Under the pieces are notes generated by a model. The model was not told where the DNA came from and made no database searches. It worked only from the letters and a program-made list of their open reading frames with translations. DNA of 62,494 nucleotides, from IMG/VR virus record IMGVR_UViG_3300046786_000191, positions 1 to 62,494 of that record, one strand, 5' to 3'. Shown piece by piece: positions 17,304-25,685 of the stretch. The number at the start of each line of letters is the position of its first letter. The first letter of the stretch is position 1. Both the position numbers and the translations under genes were made by a program. This DNA is from a virus (taxonomy: Duplodnaviria; Caudoviricetes).

Positions 17304-18170
17304 ATGACACAACTTACTAATATCAGAATCCCAAGCGACTGCGTTTTAGACCCGCTGCTCGAACCGTTAGCCAATAAGCTAGCATTGGATAGACCTAAGT
17401 GGGTATTCAAAGCTAAGTCTACGAACAAGCACAACCGCTGGCGTCATACATCAGCGGTGCATGAGGGTCCGAGCTTGCAACCAAACACTTTCTATATCAG
17501 AGAGTTGGATGTGTTCGAGAGCGACGAAGAGCTAGGCACTATCGGTGTGGACTGGGCGTATCGCCGTAGCCAAGCGCAACGCTACCATTGGTATTTAGAA
17601 TCGTGGCGTATCGTGCGTGAGCGTGGCTCAGCCAACACCAAGACGAGCATGAAGATGGACATCATCGTGCGTGAAGCCAAGAAGCAGTTCAAACCCAAGG
17701 GCTTGACCGAGCTTATGGAGACCGCCAAGCCCAAGATAAATGGTGCTTGGTATCACGCTGTACGCGATCTGATCTACCCGTTCGAGAGGATGCAGGGCAT
17801 CAAGTCAGGGACGGACTTGCAGTTGTATGCGTTCTGCTTAGCCAACAACCGTGATGTTGACATGAGTAAGTTCGATCACTTACTCAAGCAATTGCGGTCG
17901 CCTGAGTACGAGACGATCATTGCCAACTACGAGTTAGGTAGGCACTTGGAGGAGCAGGTAACCAATAACAATGTACTGGATGTGATAGTACATGATGGTA
18001 TGTTTGTTATGGCAGAACCTAACACCGACATTCCTAGACGCATGGCGTATGAGGAGATGCCCATACCTTGGCAAGAGCGTATCGCTGTGCTACAGTTAGT
18101 CAGCGATGGTGAGCTAGTTCGTGACACGGGCTTCCGAGTCAACGAGAATTGGTACCGTATCATCAAATGA
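17304..18170 (+). CDS. Hypothetical early protein
   Basis: 288 aa, last gene before the terminator. Confidence 0.75.
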   Translation: MTQLTNIRIPSDCVLDPLLEPLANKLALDRPKWVFKAKSTNKHNRWRHTSAVHEGPSLQPNTFYIRELDVFESDEELGTIGVDWAYRRSQAQRYHWYLESWRIVRERGSANTKTSMKMDIIVREAKKQFKPKGLTELMETAKPKINGAWYHAVRDLIYPFERMQGIKSGTDLQLYAFCLANNRDVDMSKFDHLLKQLRSPEYETIIANYELGRHLEEQVTNNNVLDVIVHDGMFVMAEPNTDIPRRMAYEEMPIPWQERIAVLQLVSDGELVRDTGFRVNENWYRIIK

Positions 18171-18191
18171 TTGTTTGTTGAGACTTGCCTT

Positions 18192-18216
18192 GACCCGCTT
18201 CGGCGGGTCTTTTTTT
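18192..18216 (+). terminator. Rho-independent terminator ending the early region
   Basis: GACCCGC-TTCG-GCGGGTC followed by a T7 run. Confidence 0.9.
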
Positions 18217-18221
18217 GCCTT

Positions 18222-18250
18222 GGAAAAACCCTTGCTCAAAGGGTAATTCC
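18222..18250. repeat. 29-bp 11-7-11 site, copy 9 (orientation B)
   Basis: GGAAAAACCCT-TGCTCAA-AGGGTAATTCC. Confidence 0.9.
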
Positions 18251-18279
18251 GAGTAGGTATTTCCCCTAATAAAAAAGGA

Positions 18280-18309
18280 CTTGACATAGTCCAGTATTGC
18301 CACTACATT
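18280..18309 (+). promoter_or_regulatory. sigma70 promoter of the replication operon with shared palindrome
   Basis: TTGACA(18281)-17 nt-TACATT(18304); CTTGAC-ATA-GTCCAG. Confidence 0.75.
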
Positions 18310-18330
18310 ATCTACTCATTAGGAGTAAAT

Positions 18331-18675
18331 GTGGCATCTACACCAGAGCGCAAAGTTAAAGAGAAGGTGGTTACCGTTCTCAAAGAATACGGCGCATACT
18401 ATTTCTTCCCCGCTACCTACGGGCTAGGTCGTGCGGGCGTTCCCGACATCATAGCTTGTTACAACGGCTTCTTCGTAGCCATTGAATGCAAGGCGGGCAA
18501 GGGAACAACAACAGCACTACAAGAACGAGAACTCCACCGCATACGCATGGCGGGCGGATTAGCACTCGTCATCAATGAAACCAACATAGATTTGGTACAC
18601 GAGAATTTAGAATTTATCAAGGAGTTAACAAATGAAGTTGAAAGACAAGTTCTTAAGATACCCACTGGCTCCTGA
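18331..18675 (+). CDS. VRR-NUC nuclease (Holliday junction resolvase-like)
   Basis: TPE.KVK...GVPDII....F..IECKA..G....LQ. Confidence 0.85.
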   Translation: MASTPERKVKEKVVTVLKEYGAYYFFPATYGLGRAGVPDIIACYNGFFVAIECKAGKGTTTALQERELHRIRMAGGLALVINETNIDLVHENLEFIKELTNEVERQVLKIPTGS

Positions 18676-19060
18676 AGTCCTCGCGCTTCTTGAGAAGATT
18701 GATTCCATTGAATCAGTTTTTGATACCAGTTACTACCCCATCAAAAAAGTTTTAAACCTCGACGGTTTCAGCCGCTATGAACGGTGGATGCTTGTGCGTA
18801 GCTTTAGCCAAATTGAGAAGCGTCATGCCTACTCATGCGCCATGCATGTGGTGGTAAAGAATGAGATGCCCGAAGACCCCGACAAGGTAGTCAAGAGTAG
18901 TATTTTGACTCGTGGTGCAATTATTAAAGCGGCTCAGCAAGAGTTTAATAAAGCTTTCGCGGCTCAGCAAGCATCAAACTTGGCAAATAACCACGGGGGG
19001 ATCGCCCACGGCTTACATTCAAGCACCCCGTACGACATATACAAAAACACTCCGCAATGA
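18632..19060 (+). CDS. Hypothetical protein
   Basis: 142 aa, AAGGAG RBS, coupled to the polymerase gene. Confidence 0.7.
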   Translation: MKLKDKFLRYPLAPEVLALLEKIDSIESVFDTSYYPIKKVLNLDGFSRYERWMLVRSFSQIEKRHAYSCAMHVVVKNEMPEDPDKVVKSSILTRGAIIKAAQQEFNKAFAAQQASNLANNHGGIAHGLHSSTPYDIYKNTPQ

Positions 19061-20883
19061 TAACGATCGACTTCGAAACCTACTACGCCACGGACTACAG
19101 TCTGACCCGACTGACGACCGAGGAGTATGTACGGGGTGACCAATTCCAAGTGATCGGAGTAGCCGTGAAGGTGAACGATGCGCCTGCGGAATGGTTTACT
19201 GGCACGCACGATGAGACCGCTGAATGGCTTGCTCAGTTCGACTGGGGCAACCACTTCGTGTTAGCCCACAACGCTATCTTTGATGCGGCAATCATGACTT
19301 GGGTTTTTGGACAGCGCCCTAAAGCGTGGCTCGATACTATGTCTATGGCTCGTGCAGTCCTTGGACCCAACGCATCGGTCAGCCTTGAGAAGTTGTCCAA
19401 CCACTTCGGGTTAGGCACTAAAGGTACAGAAGTCATAAATGCCAAGGGCTTGCGTCGTGAGGACTTTCCCGCAGATCAGTTAGCGCAGTATGGCGAGTAC
19501 TGCAAGAACGATGTGGAGCTGACCTACAAGTTGTATGCAGAACTCAATGGCACATTCCCCGTCAAAGAGAAGCGACTTATCGACATCACCATCCGCATGT
19601 TCAGCGACCCGTTGATTGAACTGGACACCGAGCGTCTTGAGGAACATCTGCGTGGCGTGCGTGAACGCAAGGAGAAGTTGTTCACTGACTCAGGCATTAC
19701 GAAAGAAGTGCTTAACAGCAGTGCCAAGTTTGCTGAACTGTTACTGGCAAACCATGTGTATCCCCCAGTGAAGATTAGCCCCGCGACGGGCAAGGAGACC
19801 TACGCCTTTGCTAAGAGTGACGCTGACTTCGTAGCCCTGCTTGAACACCCGAACGAAACGGTGCAGGCTATTGTTGCCGCTCGGCTTGGCGCAAAGAGTA
19901 CGCTTGAGGAGACACGCACCGAACGATTCATCGCCATCGCTAAGCGTGGTCCCATTTTGGGATCATTGCGTCGCATGCCTATTCCGTTGAAGTACTACGC
20001 GGCTCACACAGGTCGATGGGGTGGCTCGGATAAGGTTAACCTACAGAACCTGCCTAGCCGTGGCGCAGAGGGTGGCAAACTCAAGCGGTGCATCGTTGCA
20101 CCTCGCGGGCATGTCATTATTGACTGTGACTCGTCACAGATTGAGGCTCGTGTATTGGCATGGCTGGCAGGGCAGAACGACATCTTGGACATGTTCGCAA
20201 AACAACAAGATGTGTACAAGTACATGGCGGGCATGATCTACAACGTCCGCGACGATCAAGTCAGTCCTGAGCAACGCTTCATTGGCAAGACCACGGTGCT
20301 TGGTGCAGGCTATGGCATGGGGGCTATCAAGTTTCAAGCGCAGTTGAAGAACATGGGCAAGGACTTGGACTACGATACATGTCGCCACATCATTAAACAA
20401 TATCGGAATGTGAATCACCGCATCTCCGACTGGTGGAACCACCTGAACATGGTGCTTCTGCATATCGCTAATCAAAAGCCAATTGAAGTTGATCGCGTGG
20501 GCTTGCTGACTACAACACCCTTCACGGGCATAGCCCTTCCGAATGGTCTGTATCTAAACTATCCTGAGTTGGAACGCCACACGAATGGCGACATCACATA
20601 CTTTACACGCCAAGGACCAAACAAGATTTACGGCGGTAAGGTTGCAGAAAATATTTGTCAGGCGGTTGCTCGTTGCATCATCGGAGAACAGATGATTCAA
20701 ATTGAAAAACGCTATCGAGTCGTGCTCACCGTCCACGATGCGATAGCTTGTGTTGTGCCGCAAGACGAGGCAGACGAAGCTCGTGCGTACATTGAACAGT
20801 GTATGCGTACATCACCATCATGGGCTAAGAACCTACCCCTCAACTGCGAGTCAGGCATGGCTCAGAACTACGGAGATTGTTAA
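19057..20883 (+). CDS. polA: DNA polymerase family A (3'-5' exonuclease plus polymerase)
   Basis: Exo motifs IDFET, AHNAIFD, YCKND; HTGRW; motif A DSSQIEAR, motif B RFIGKTTVLGAGYG, motif C VHD. Confidence 0.95.
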   Translation: MITIDFETYYATDYSLTRLTTEEYVRGDQFQVIGVAVKVNDAPAEWFTGTHDETAEWLAQFDWGNHFVLAHNAIFDAAIMTWVFGQRPKAWLDTMSMARAVLGPNASVSLEKLSNHFGLGTKGTEVINAKGLRREDFPADQLAQYGEYCKNDVELTYKLYAELNGTFPVKEKRLIDITIRMFSDPLIELDTERLEEHLRGVRERKEKLFTDSGITKEVLNSSAKFAELLLANHVYPPVKISPATGKETYAFAKSDADFVALLEHPNETVQAIVAARLGAKSTLEETRTERFIAIAKRGPILGSLRRMPIPLKYYAAHTGRWGGSDKVNLQNLPSRGAEGGKLKRCIVAPRGHVIIDCDSSQIEARVLAWLAGQNDILDMFAKQQDVYKYMAGMIYNVRDDQVSPEQRFIGKTTVLGAGYGMGAIKFQAQLKNMGKDLDYDTCRHIIKQYRNVNHRISDWWNHLNMVLLHIANQKPIEVDRVGLLTTTPFTGIALPNGLYLNYPELERHTNGDITYFTRQGPNKIYGGKVAENICQAVARCIIGEQMIQIEKRYRVVLTVHDAIACVVPQDEADEARAYIEQCMRTSPSWAKNLPLNCESGMAQNYGDC

Positions 20884-21560
20884 TGTCTAAACCGATCACA
20901 TGGTCGTACAGTAGCTTGTCGCTATACCAACAGTGCCCAAAGAAGTACTACCACCTCAAGGTAGCCAAGGATGTCAAGGAAGAGATGGGTGAAGCCATCA
21001 CCTTCGGCAACGAGATTCATAAGATAGCTCACCTATACGTTGAACAGCATCATCCTATTCCTGAGAAGTACGCGTCCATCGAACCAGCTATCAAGGCGTT
21101 GAAAGATATGCCGGGTCGTAAATTGTGCGAGAACAAGCTGGGCTTGACCGCTGACCTCAAGCCATGTGGCTTCTTTGATAAGAACGTATGGTGGCGTGGC
21201 ATCGCCGACATCATCATCTTGCAGGGCGACACAGCTCTGACAGTTGATTACAAGACTGGCAAGAAGAGCCAGTACGCTGATCTGAAACAGCTTGAGATTC
21301 TTGCGCTTGCAATGTTCAAGCACTTCCCTGAAGTTAAGAAAGTCAAAGCGGGCTTGTTGTTCCTGTTCGCTGATGACTTCGTTAAGACTGCCTATTCAGC
21401 CGACTCGCAGAGCGATCTGTGGACCGACTGGATGTCAGATGTTGGTCAACTTGAGGCATCTGTACACAACGATGTATGGAACCCCAAGCCCAACTTTACT
21501 TGTCGTGGCTGGTGTCCAGTCACATCGTGTGACCATAATCAAGGAGCTAGAAATGGTTAA
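20883..21560 (+). CDS. PD-(D/E)XK exonuclease (RecB/Cas4-like)
   Basis: WSYSSL..Y.QCP, RGIAD, VDYKTGK, QL, C-terminal CRGWCPVTSC. Confidence 0.85.
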   Translation: MSKPITWSYSSLSLYQQCPKKYYHLKVAKDVKEEMGEAITFGNEIHKIAHLYVEQHHPIPEKYASIEPAIKALKDMPGRKLCENKLGLTADLKPCGFFDKNVWWRGIADIIILQGDTALTVDYKTGKKSQYADLKQLEILALAMFKHFPEVKKVKAGLLFLFADDFVKTAYSADSQSDLWTDWMSDVGQLEASVHNDVWNPKPNFTCRGWCPVTSCDHNQGARNG

Positions 21561-22080
21561 AAGAAAGCAAACTAAGTCCGCAAAAATTCGTTCGTTCATT
21601 GCGGCAAACCCCAACGCAACCGCTAAGTACGTTGCTGAGCAACTGAATGTTGACGTGCAACTTGTGTACAACGTGAAACACAAACTGCGTAACCCAGTGA
21701 GCAAGCCTAAGATTGTTACTCTCATGGGCAGTTCGGATAAAAGTATCATGGAGCACATGAACCCTGACATCCCAGTCTACGATGACTCAGTTACGAGAGT
21801 ATCGTCCAAGCGGCTTTCCGAGATTAAGAAAAAGTTAATCATGGAGTACTTTCCACCAGCCGACCCAGTCAACAATCCTGCACACTACACCGATGGTGGC
21901 ATCGAGACAATCGACTACATCGAGGCGAAGGGCTTGGGCTACCACCTCGGTAACGCGGTGAAGTACATCAGCAGAGCGGGCAAGAAGGGCACGAACCAAG
22001 GACTCGAGGACTTGCGTAAAGCCCAGTGGTACTTGGCACGAGCCATCGAGAAGAACGAGTACGCCTCGCCTAACCGATGA
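21553..22080 (+). CDS. DUF3310 (SaV-like) protein with an N-terminal HTH-like segment
   Basis: DPVNNPAHY..GGIETIDYI...GNAVKYISRAGKK...EDLRKAQWYL; RBS before ATG 21553. Confidence 0.8.
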   Translation: MVKRKQTKSAKIRSFIAANPNATAKYVAEQLNVDVQLVYNVKHKLRNPVSKPKIVTLMGSSDKSIMEHMNPDIPVYDDSVTRVSSKRLSEIKKKLIMEYFPPADPVNNPAHYTDGGIETIDYIEAKGLGYHLGNAVKYISRAGKKGTNQGLEDLRKAQWYLARAIEKNEYASPNR

Positions 22081-22280
22081 AAGCCGTTCTGGAATTTATG
22101 TATCCAGACGACGAGCGCAAACTACTGTACGCCCTCAAGGGCCAAGACATGTACGTTGCGCTCGCCGAAATACGGATGCAGATCAACGACGAGTTCCATC
22201 ACAACGCAGACCCCATAGCTGTGCTAATGCGTGTGAGGAACATAACAGAAGACATCTTTCGTGAATTGGGGGACGCATGA
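22077..22280 (+). CDS. Hypothetical protein
   Basis: 67 aa, coupled. Confidence 0.65.
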   Translation: MKAVLEFMYPDDERKLLYALKGQDMYVALAEIRMQINDEFHHNADPIAVLMRVRNITEDIFRELGDA

Positions 22281-22486
22281 CCGAAGATAGAAAGCCAACA
22301 AAGATTGAGTTTGCTGAAGGTTGCTTTGACGACTTTGAGGGTACGCAAGAAGAACTAAATGCGCTGATTGCGGACCTGAAAAACATGGTTGCGGATGGCT
22401 CGTTTTGGGAAAACACAGCACCTGTGGACGATGCTGACGAAGAAGAGCTGATTAAGTTACTCGCAAAGAAACAAAAACGGCAATGA
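22277..22486 (+). CDS. Hypothetical acidic protein
   Basis: 69 aa, coupled. Confidence 0.65.
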   Translation: MTEDRKPTKIEFAEGCFDDFEGTQEELNALIADLKNMVADGSFWENTAPVDDADEEELIKLLAKKQKRQ

Positions 22487-22574
22487 CTTGGCCCTTCCCC
22501 CTATTTCCGAACCCCAAGGACAAGGGTACTAAACAACCCAAGTTCAACCCTGACAACCACGAGGACGCACCGCT

Positions 22575-22823
22575 ATGCCAAAAGGTTTGCTAGACGACAT
22601 ACCAATCTACAACAAAGCCCGTGACAAAGCATGGGAGGCGTTCATCAAACGCAAGGATGTAAAGAAGTCAGGCATGTTCAGCCAAGGCTTTCCTCTTGAG
22701 CGTGGGTACTACGAACTGTGGTGTCAGGCTTGGGATCGTGCATGGACTGCGGGATTTAAAGATGGTTGGGATTCAGGCCATGGCTGGGCTAAGTTAATGA
22801 ACAAAAAGGAGAAGAAAACATGA
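22575..22823 (+). CDS. Hypothetical protein
   Basis: 82 aa, Trp-rich, GAGG RBS. Confidence 0.6.
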   Translation: MPKGLLDDIPIYNKARDKAWEAFIKRKDVKKSGMFSQGFPLERGYYELWCQAWDRAWTAGFKDGWDSGHGWAKLMNKKEKKT

Positions 22824-23011
22824 AAGAACCAACAGCATGGCTGAACAAGGAACGTGATGTGATTACGTTTGACAACTTATTTCCTGAGATGACACCACTG
22901 TACAAGCGTAACGACGTGCTTGAAGAAGTTGCTAAAGAGTTTGACAAGATGACATCTCTGGGCGACACATCGGCTAGTTTTGCGCAGTATGTAAGGGATA
23001 TGAAAAAATGA
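22820..23011 (+). CDS. Hypothetical protein
   Basis: 63 aa, AAGGAG RBS. Confidence 0.65.
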   Translation: MKEPTAWLNKERDVITFDNLFPEMTPLYKRNDVLEEVAKEFDKMTSLGDTSASFAQYVRDMKK

Positions 23012-23256
23012 AAGCACTCAACCCATGGGAAGAACTTGCACAGGTCGACCGACCAAGCATCTTTATGAAGGACCCCTACTTCCGTGCACGCAACCCAAGC
23101 AACCAAATTAAAAATGAAGAAGACTTAGGTTACAAGCAATTCGGCGTGTTCACCCGCGCCAAAGAGAGACAACCCAACAAGCATGAAGGAGTACTTGTAC
23201 ATGCCGAGGCCAAAGCCCCCCGCCCCCCTAAAGGCACGATACGTACGTTTAAGTGA
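23008..23256 (+). CDS. Hypothetical protein
   Basis: 82 aa, coupled. Confidence 0.55.
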   Translation: MKALNPWEELAQVDRPSIFMKDPYFRARNPSNQIKNEEDLGYKQFGVFTRAKERQPNKHEGVLVHAEAKAPRPPKGTIRTFK

Positions 23257-23419
23257 CAAGCAGTTTATTATTTTCAACCATCTTGGCGGTGCTGAATGGT
23301 TGAGAGAGTTACTAGAAAAGAAAGACCCATTTCCTAAAAAATACTATGATGCAATTTTGAAAACAGGAGGCCCAAATGCCATACGTGAACAAACCCCGCC
23401 CATACAAGAAAGAATATGA
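23201..23419 (+). CDS. Small putative DNA-binding protein (ribbon-helix-helix-like)
   Basis: AAGGAG RBS; MPRPKPP...YVRLSDKQ...LGGAEWLRELL. Confidence 0.5.
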   Translation: MPRPKPPAPLKARYVRLSDKQFIIFNHLGGAEWLRELLEKKDPFPKKYYDAILKTGGPNAIREQTPPIQERI

Positions 23420-23657
23420 CCAACAGAAAGCCAGAGGAGAACTTGACGAACGAATGGAGCGCCAACGCGCCCGTCGAAAGATCGACAAGACAGGCAGAGA
23501 TAGCGACCACGACGGCAAAGCAGACCGCCGTGAAGGAAAAGATGTTGCTCATATCAAAGCACTATCTAAAGGTGGGTCGAACAAAGATGGGGTCAAGATT
23601 CAATCAGCCCATAAGAACCGATCCTTTAAACGAAACCCAGACGGCTCAATGAAATAA
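23376..23657 (+). CDS. Small basic HNH-like protein
   Basis: GKDVAHIKALSKGGSN...NRS resembles an HNH motif. Confidence 0.6.
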   Translation: MPYVNKPRPYKKEYDQQKARGELDERMERQRARRKIDKTGRDSDHDGKADRREGKDVAHIKALSKGGSNKDGVKIQSAHKNRSFKRNPDGSMK

Positions 23658-23658
23658 C

Positions 23659-25227
23659 ATGCAAGTATTGAAAGACCGCACCCTAGTGGTCAGAACCCGC
23701 TTCCCAGCTCGCATCACCGAGACCATACCCACAAGCAATGTGGTGAAGGACCTTGGCGAAGAGCGGTACGAAGTGGCAGTACCATGGGACTGGACTAACG
23801 CTGAGAAGCTGACGCACATGCGTATCAAAGGCGTGCCTTCACCCATACAGCGTGACTACAAGTGGCCTCGTCCTATGGGCTTCGAGCCATTTGACCATCA
23901 GCGAGATACGGCATCGTTCTTGTCACTGCGTCGTCGCGCCTTCTGCTTCAACGAGCAGGGCACAGGCAAAACAGCATCAGTGATCTGGGCGGCTGACTAT
24001 CTAATGACGTTGGGTTTAATCAAACGCGTTCTTGTTGTATGCCCTCTGTCTATCATGCAGTCCGCATGGCAGGCTGATCTGTTCAAGTTCGCAGTGCACC
24101 GTTCAGTTGACGTAGCCTATGGCGATGCCAACAAGCGGGCGAAGATTATCAGTGGTCCCGCTGAGTTCATCGTCATCAACTACGACGGCATAGCCACCAT
24201 TGCAGATCACATGCTGAACCACGGCAAGTTTGATTTGATTGTGATTGACGAGGCGAACGCCTATAAGAACGTACAGACTAAGCGTTGGAAGTTGATGAAC
24301 AAGTTTGTCACGCCCAGCACTTGGATGTGGATGCTTACTGGCACGCCAGCCGCGCAATCTCCTGTGGATGCTTACGGGCTTGGCAGGCTGTGCGTACCTA
24401 ACCGCGCACCGCGTTTCTTCGGTGACTTCCGCGAGGCAGTCATGCAGAAGTTTGGGATGTTCCGTTGGGAACCACGCCCAGACGCAGAGAAGCAGGTGTT
24501 CGAGATGTTGCAGCCAGCCATTCGCTATGAGAAAGCGCAGTGCTTGGATTTGCCAGAGGTGACGTTTGTTAACCGCATCGCGCCGCTTACACCTTCGCAG
24601 AAGAAATACTACAAGGAGCTGAAGAATCAGATGCTTCTTGAGATGGCGGGCGAAGAGGTCAGCACGGTCAACGCCGCCGCGAAGATGAACAAGCTGCTAC
24701 AGATTTCTTGTGGCGCTGTGTATTCAGACAGCGGTGCAACAATCGAGTTCGATGTATCAGACAGACTGCGTGTTGTGCAGGAAGTGATTGACGAGTCAAG
24801 CCACAAGGTGCTGGTGTTTGTTCCGTTCCGCCATACGATTGAGTTGCTTCGTGATTACCTTACGAAGAACGGTACAACGTGCGATCTGATTCACGGCGAG
24901 GTCCCTGTACAGAAGCGTACTGCTATCTTCAAGGACTTCCAAGAGAAGCAGAACATCAAGGTGCTTATCATTCAACCGCAAGCCGCCGCTCACGGGGTTA
25001 CCCTTACAGCCGCTGACACCATCATTTGGTATGCTCCTGTTACGTCCACCGAGACGTACCTCCAAGCGAACGCCCGCATTGACAGGCCCGGACAGAAGAA
25101 CGCGATGACCATCGTGCATATCGAAGGCAGTCCTGTTGAGAAGCGGTTGTACGCTATGTTGCAAGGCAACATCAACAACCACGAAAAAGTTGTAGATTTA
25201 TACAAAAAAGAGTTGACTGAGACTTGA
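23659..25227 (+). CDS. SNF2-family SF2 helicase
   Basis: QGTGKT, DEAN, LTGTP, HGVTLT, QANARIDRPGQ. Confidence 0.9.
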   Translation: MQVLKDRTLVVRTRFPARITETIPTSNVVKDLGEERYEVAVPWDWTNAEKLTHMRIKGVPSPIQRDYKWPRPMGFEPFDHQRDTASFLSLRRRAFCFNEQGTGKTASVIWAADYLMTLGLIKRVLVVCPLSIMQSAWQADLFKFAVHRSVDVAYGDANKRAKIISGPAEFIVINYDGIATIADHMLNHGKFDLIVIDEANAYKNVQTKRWKLMNKFVTPSTWMWMLTGTPAAQSPVDAYGLGRLCVPNRAPRFFGDFREAVMQKFGMFRWEPRPDAEKQVFEMLQPAIRYEKAQCLDLPEVTFVNRIAPLTPSQKKYYKELKNQMLLEMAGEEVSTVNAAAKMNKLLQISCGAVYSDSGATIEFDVSDRLRVVQEVIDESSHKVLVFVPFRHTIELLRDYLTKNGTTCDLIHGEVPVQKRTAIFKDFQEKQNIKVLIIQPQAAAHGVTLTAADTIIWYAPVTSTETYLQANARIDRPGQKNAMTIVHIEGSPVEKRLYAMLQGNINNHEKVVDLYKKELTET

Positions 25228-25252
25228 CAAAGTCCAGAACAGCCCATACAAT
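25223..25252 (+). promoter_or_regulatory. sigma70 promoter with shared palindrome
   Basis: TTGACA(25224)-17 nt-TACAAT(25247); CTTGAC-AAA-GTCCAG. Confidence 0.8.
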
Positions 25253-25274
25253 ATTCGTTCATCAAGGAGAAAAT

Positions 25275-25676
25275 ATGGAAGATCAATCCATGGATAAACT
25301 GTCCGACGCGTACATGAAAATACGCTTGGAAAGAGACCAGCTTAAGCTGGCATACGAAGCTGACGATGCAGTACTCAGCGAAGCAATGGCTGGCATTGAA
25401 CACCAAATGCTAGACATTATGAACACGACAAATGCAGATAGCATTTCGACGAAAGGCGCAACAGTAATTCGTTCTGTTCGCAAACGCTACAACCCAACTA
25501 ATTGGGATGCAGTCTACAAAATGATTGCAAAGCACGATGCCTATGGACTGCTTGAGAAGCGCATCCACAACGGCAACATGAAAGATTTTTTAGAGCAACA
25601 TCCAGATGAGTACCCTGCTGGTCTGAATGTAGATAGTCGTTACGCGGTAACAGTACGCCGCAAATCATCAACCTGA
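25275..25676 (+). CDS. Hypothetical replication-module protein
   Basis: AAGGAG RBS, ATG 25275; N-terminal coiled coil. Confidence 0.7.
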   Translation: MEDQSMDKLSDAYMKIRLERDQLKLAYEADDAVLSEAMAGIEHQMLDIMNTTNADSISTKGATVIRSVRKRYNPTNWDAVYKMIAKHDAYGLLEKRIHNGNMKDFLEQHPDEYPAGLNVDSRYAVTVRRKSST

Positions 25677-25685
25677 GAGAAAACC

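Noticed and set aside
8314-18250. 29-bp repeats as a CRISPR array
   Set aside because: Copies are 0.6-1.8 kb apart, separated by genes and variable in the centre; there is no cas operon.
8314-18250. 29-bp repeats as terminators or RNase III hairpins
   Set aside because: The arms keep internal mismatches, most lack a U-tail, the stems are short, one lies inside a CDS and orientation flips on the same transcribed strand. Disfavoured but not fully excluded.
20883-21560. Cas4-like nuclease as evidence of a CRISPR system
   Set aside because: Stand-alone PD-(D/E)XK exonucleases next to polA are ordinary in phage replication modules.
22483-22593. 36-aa ORF MTWPFPLFPNPKDKG...
   Set aside because: Plausibly real (ATGA-coupled), but too short and without a clear RBS to list as a supported feature.
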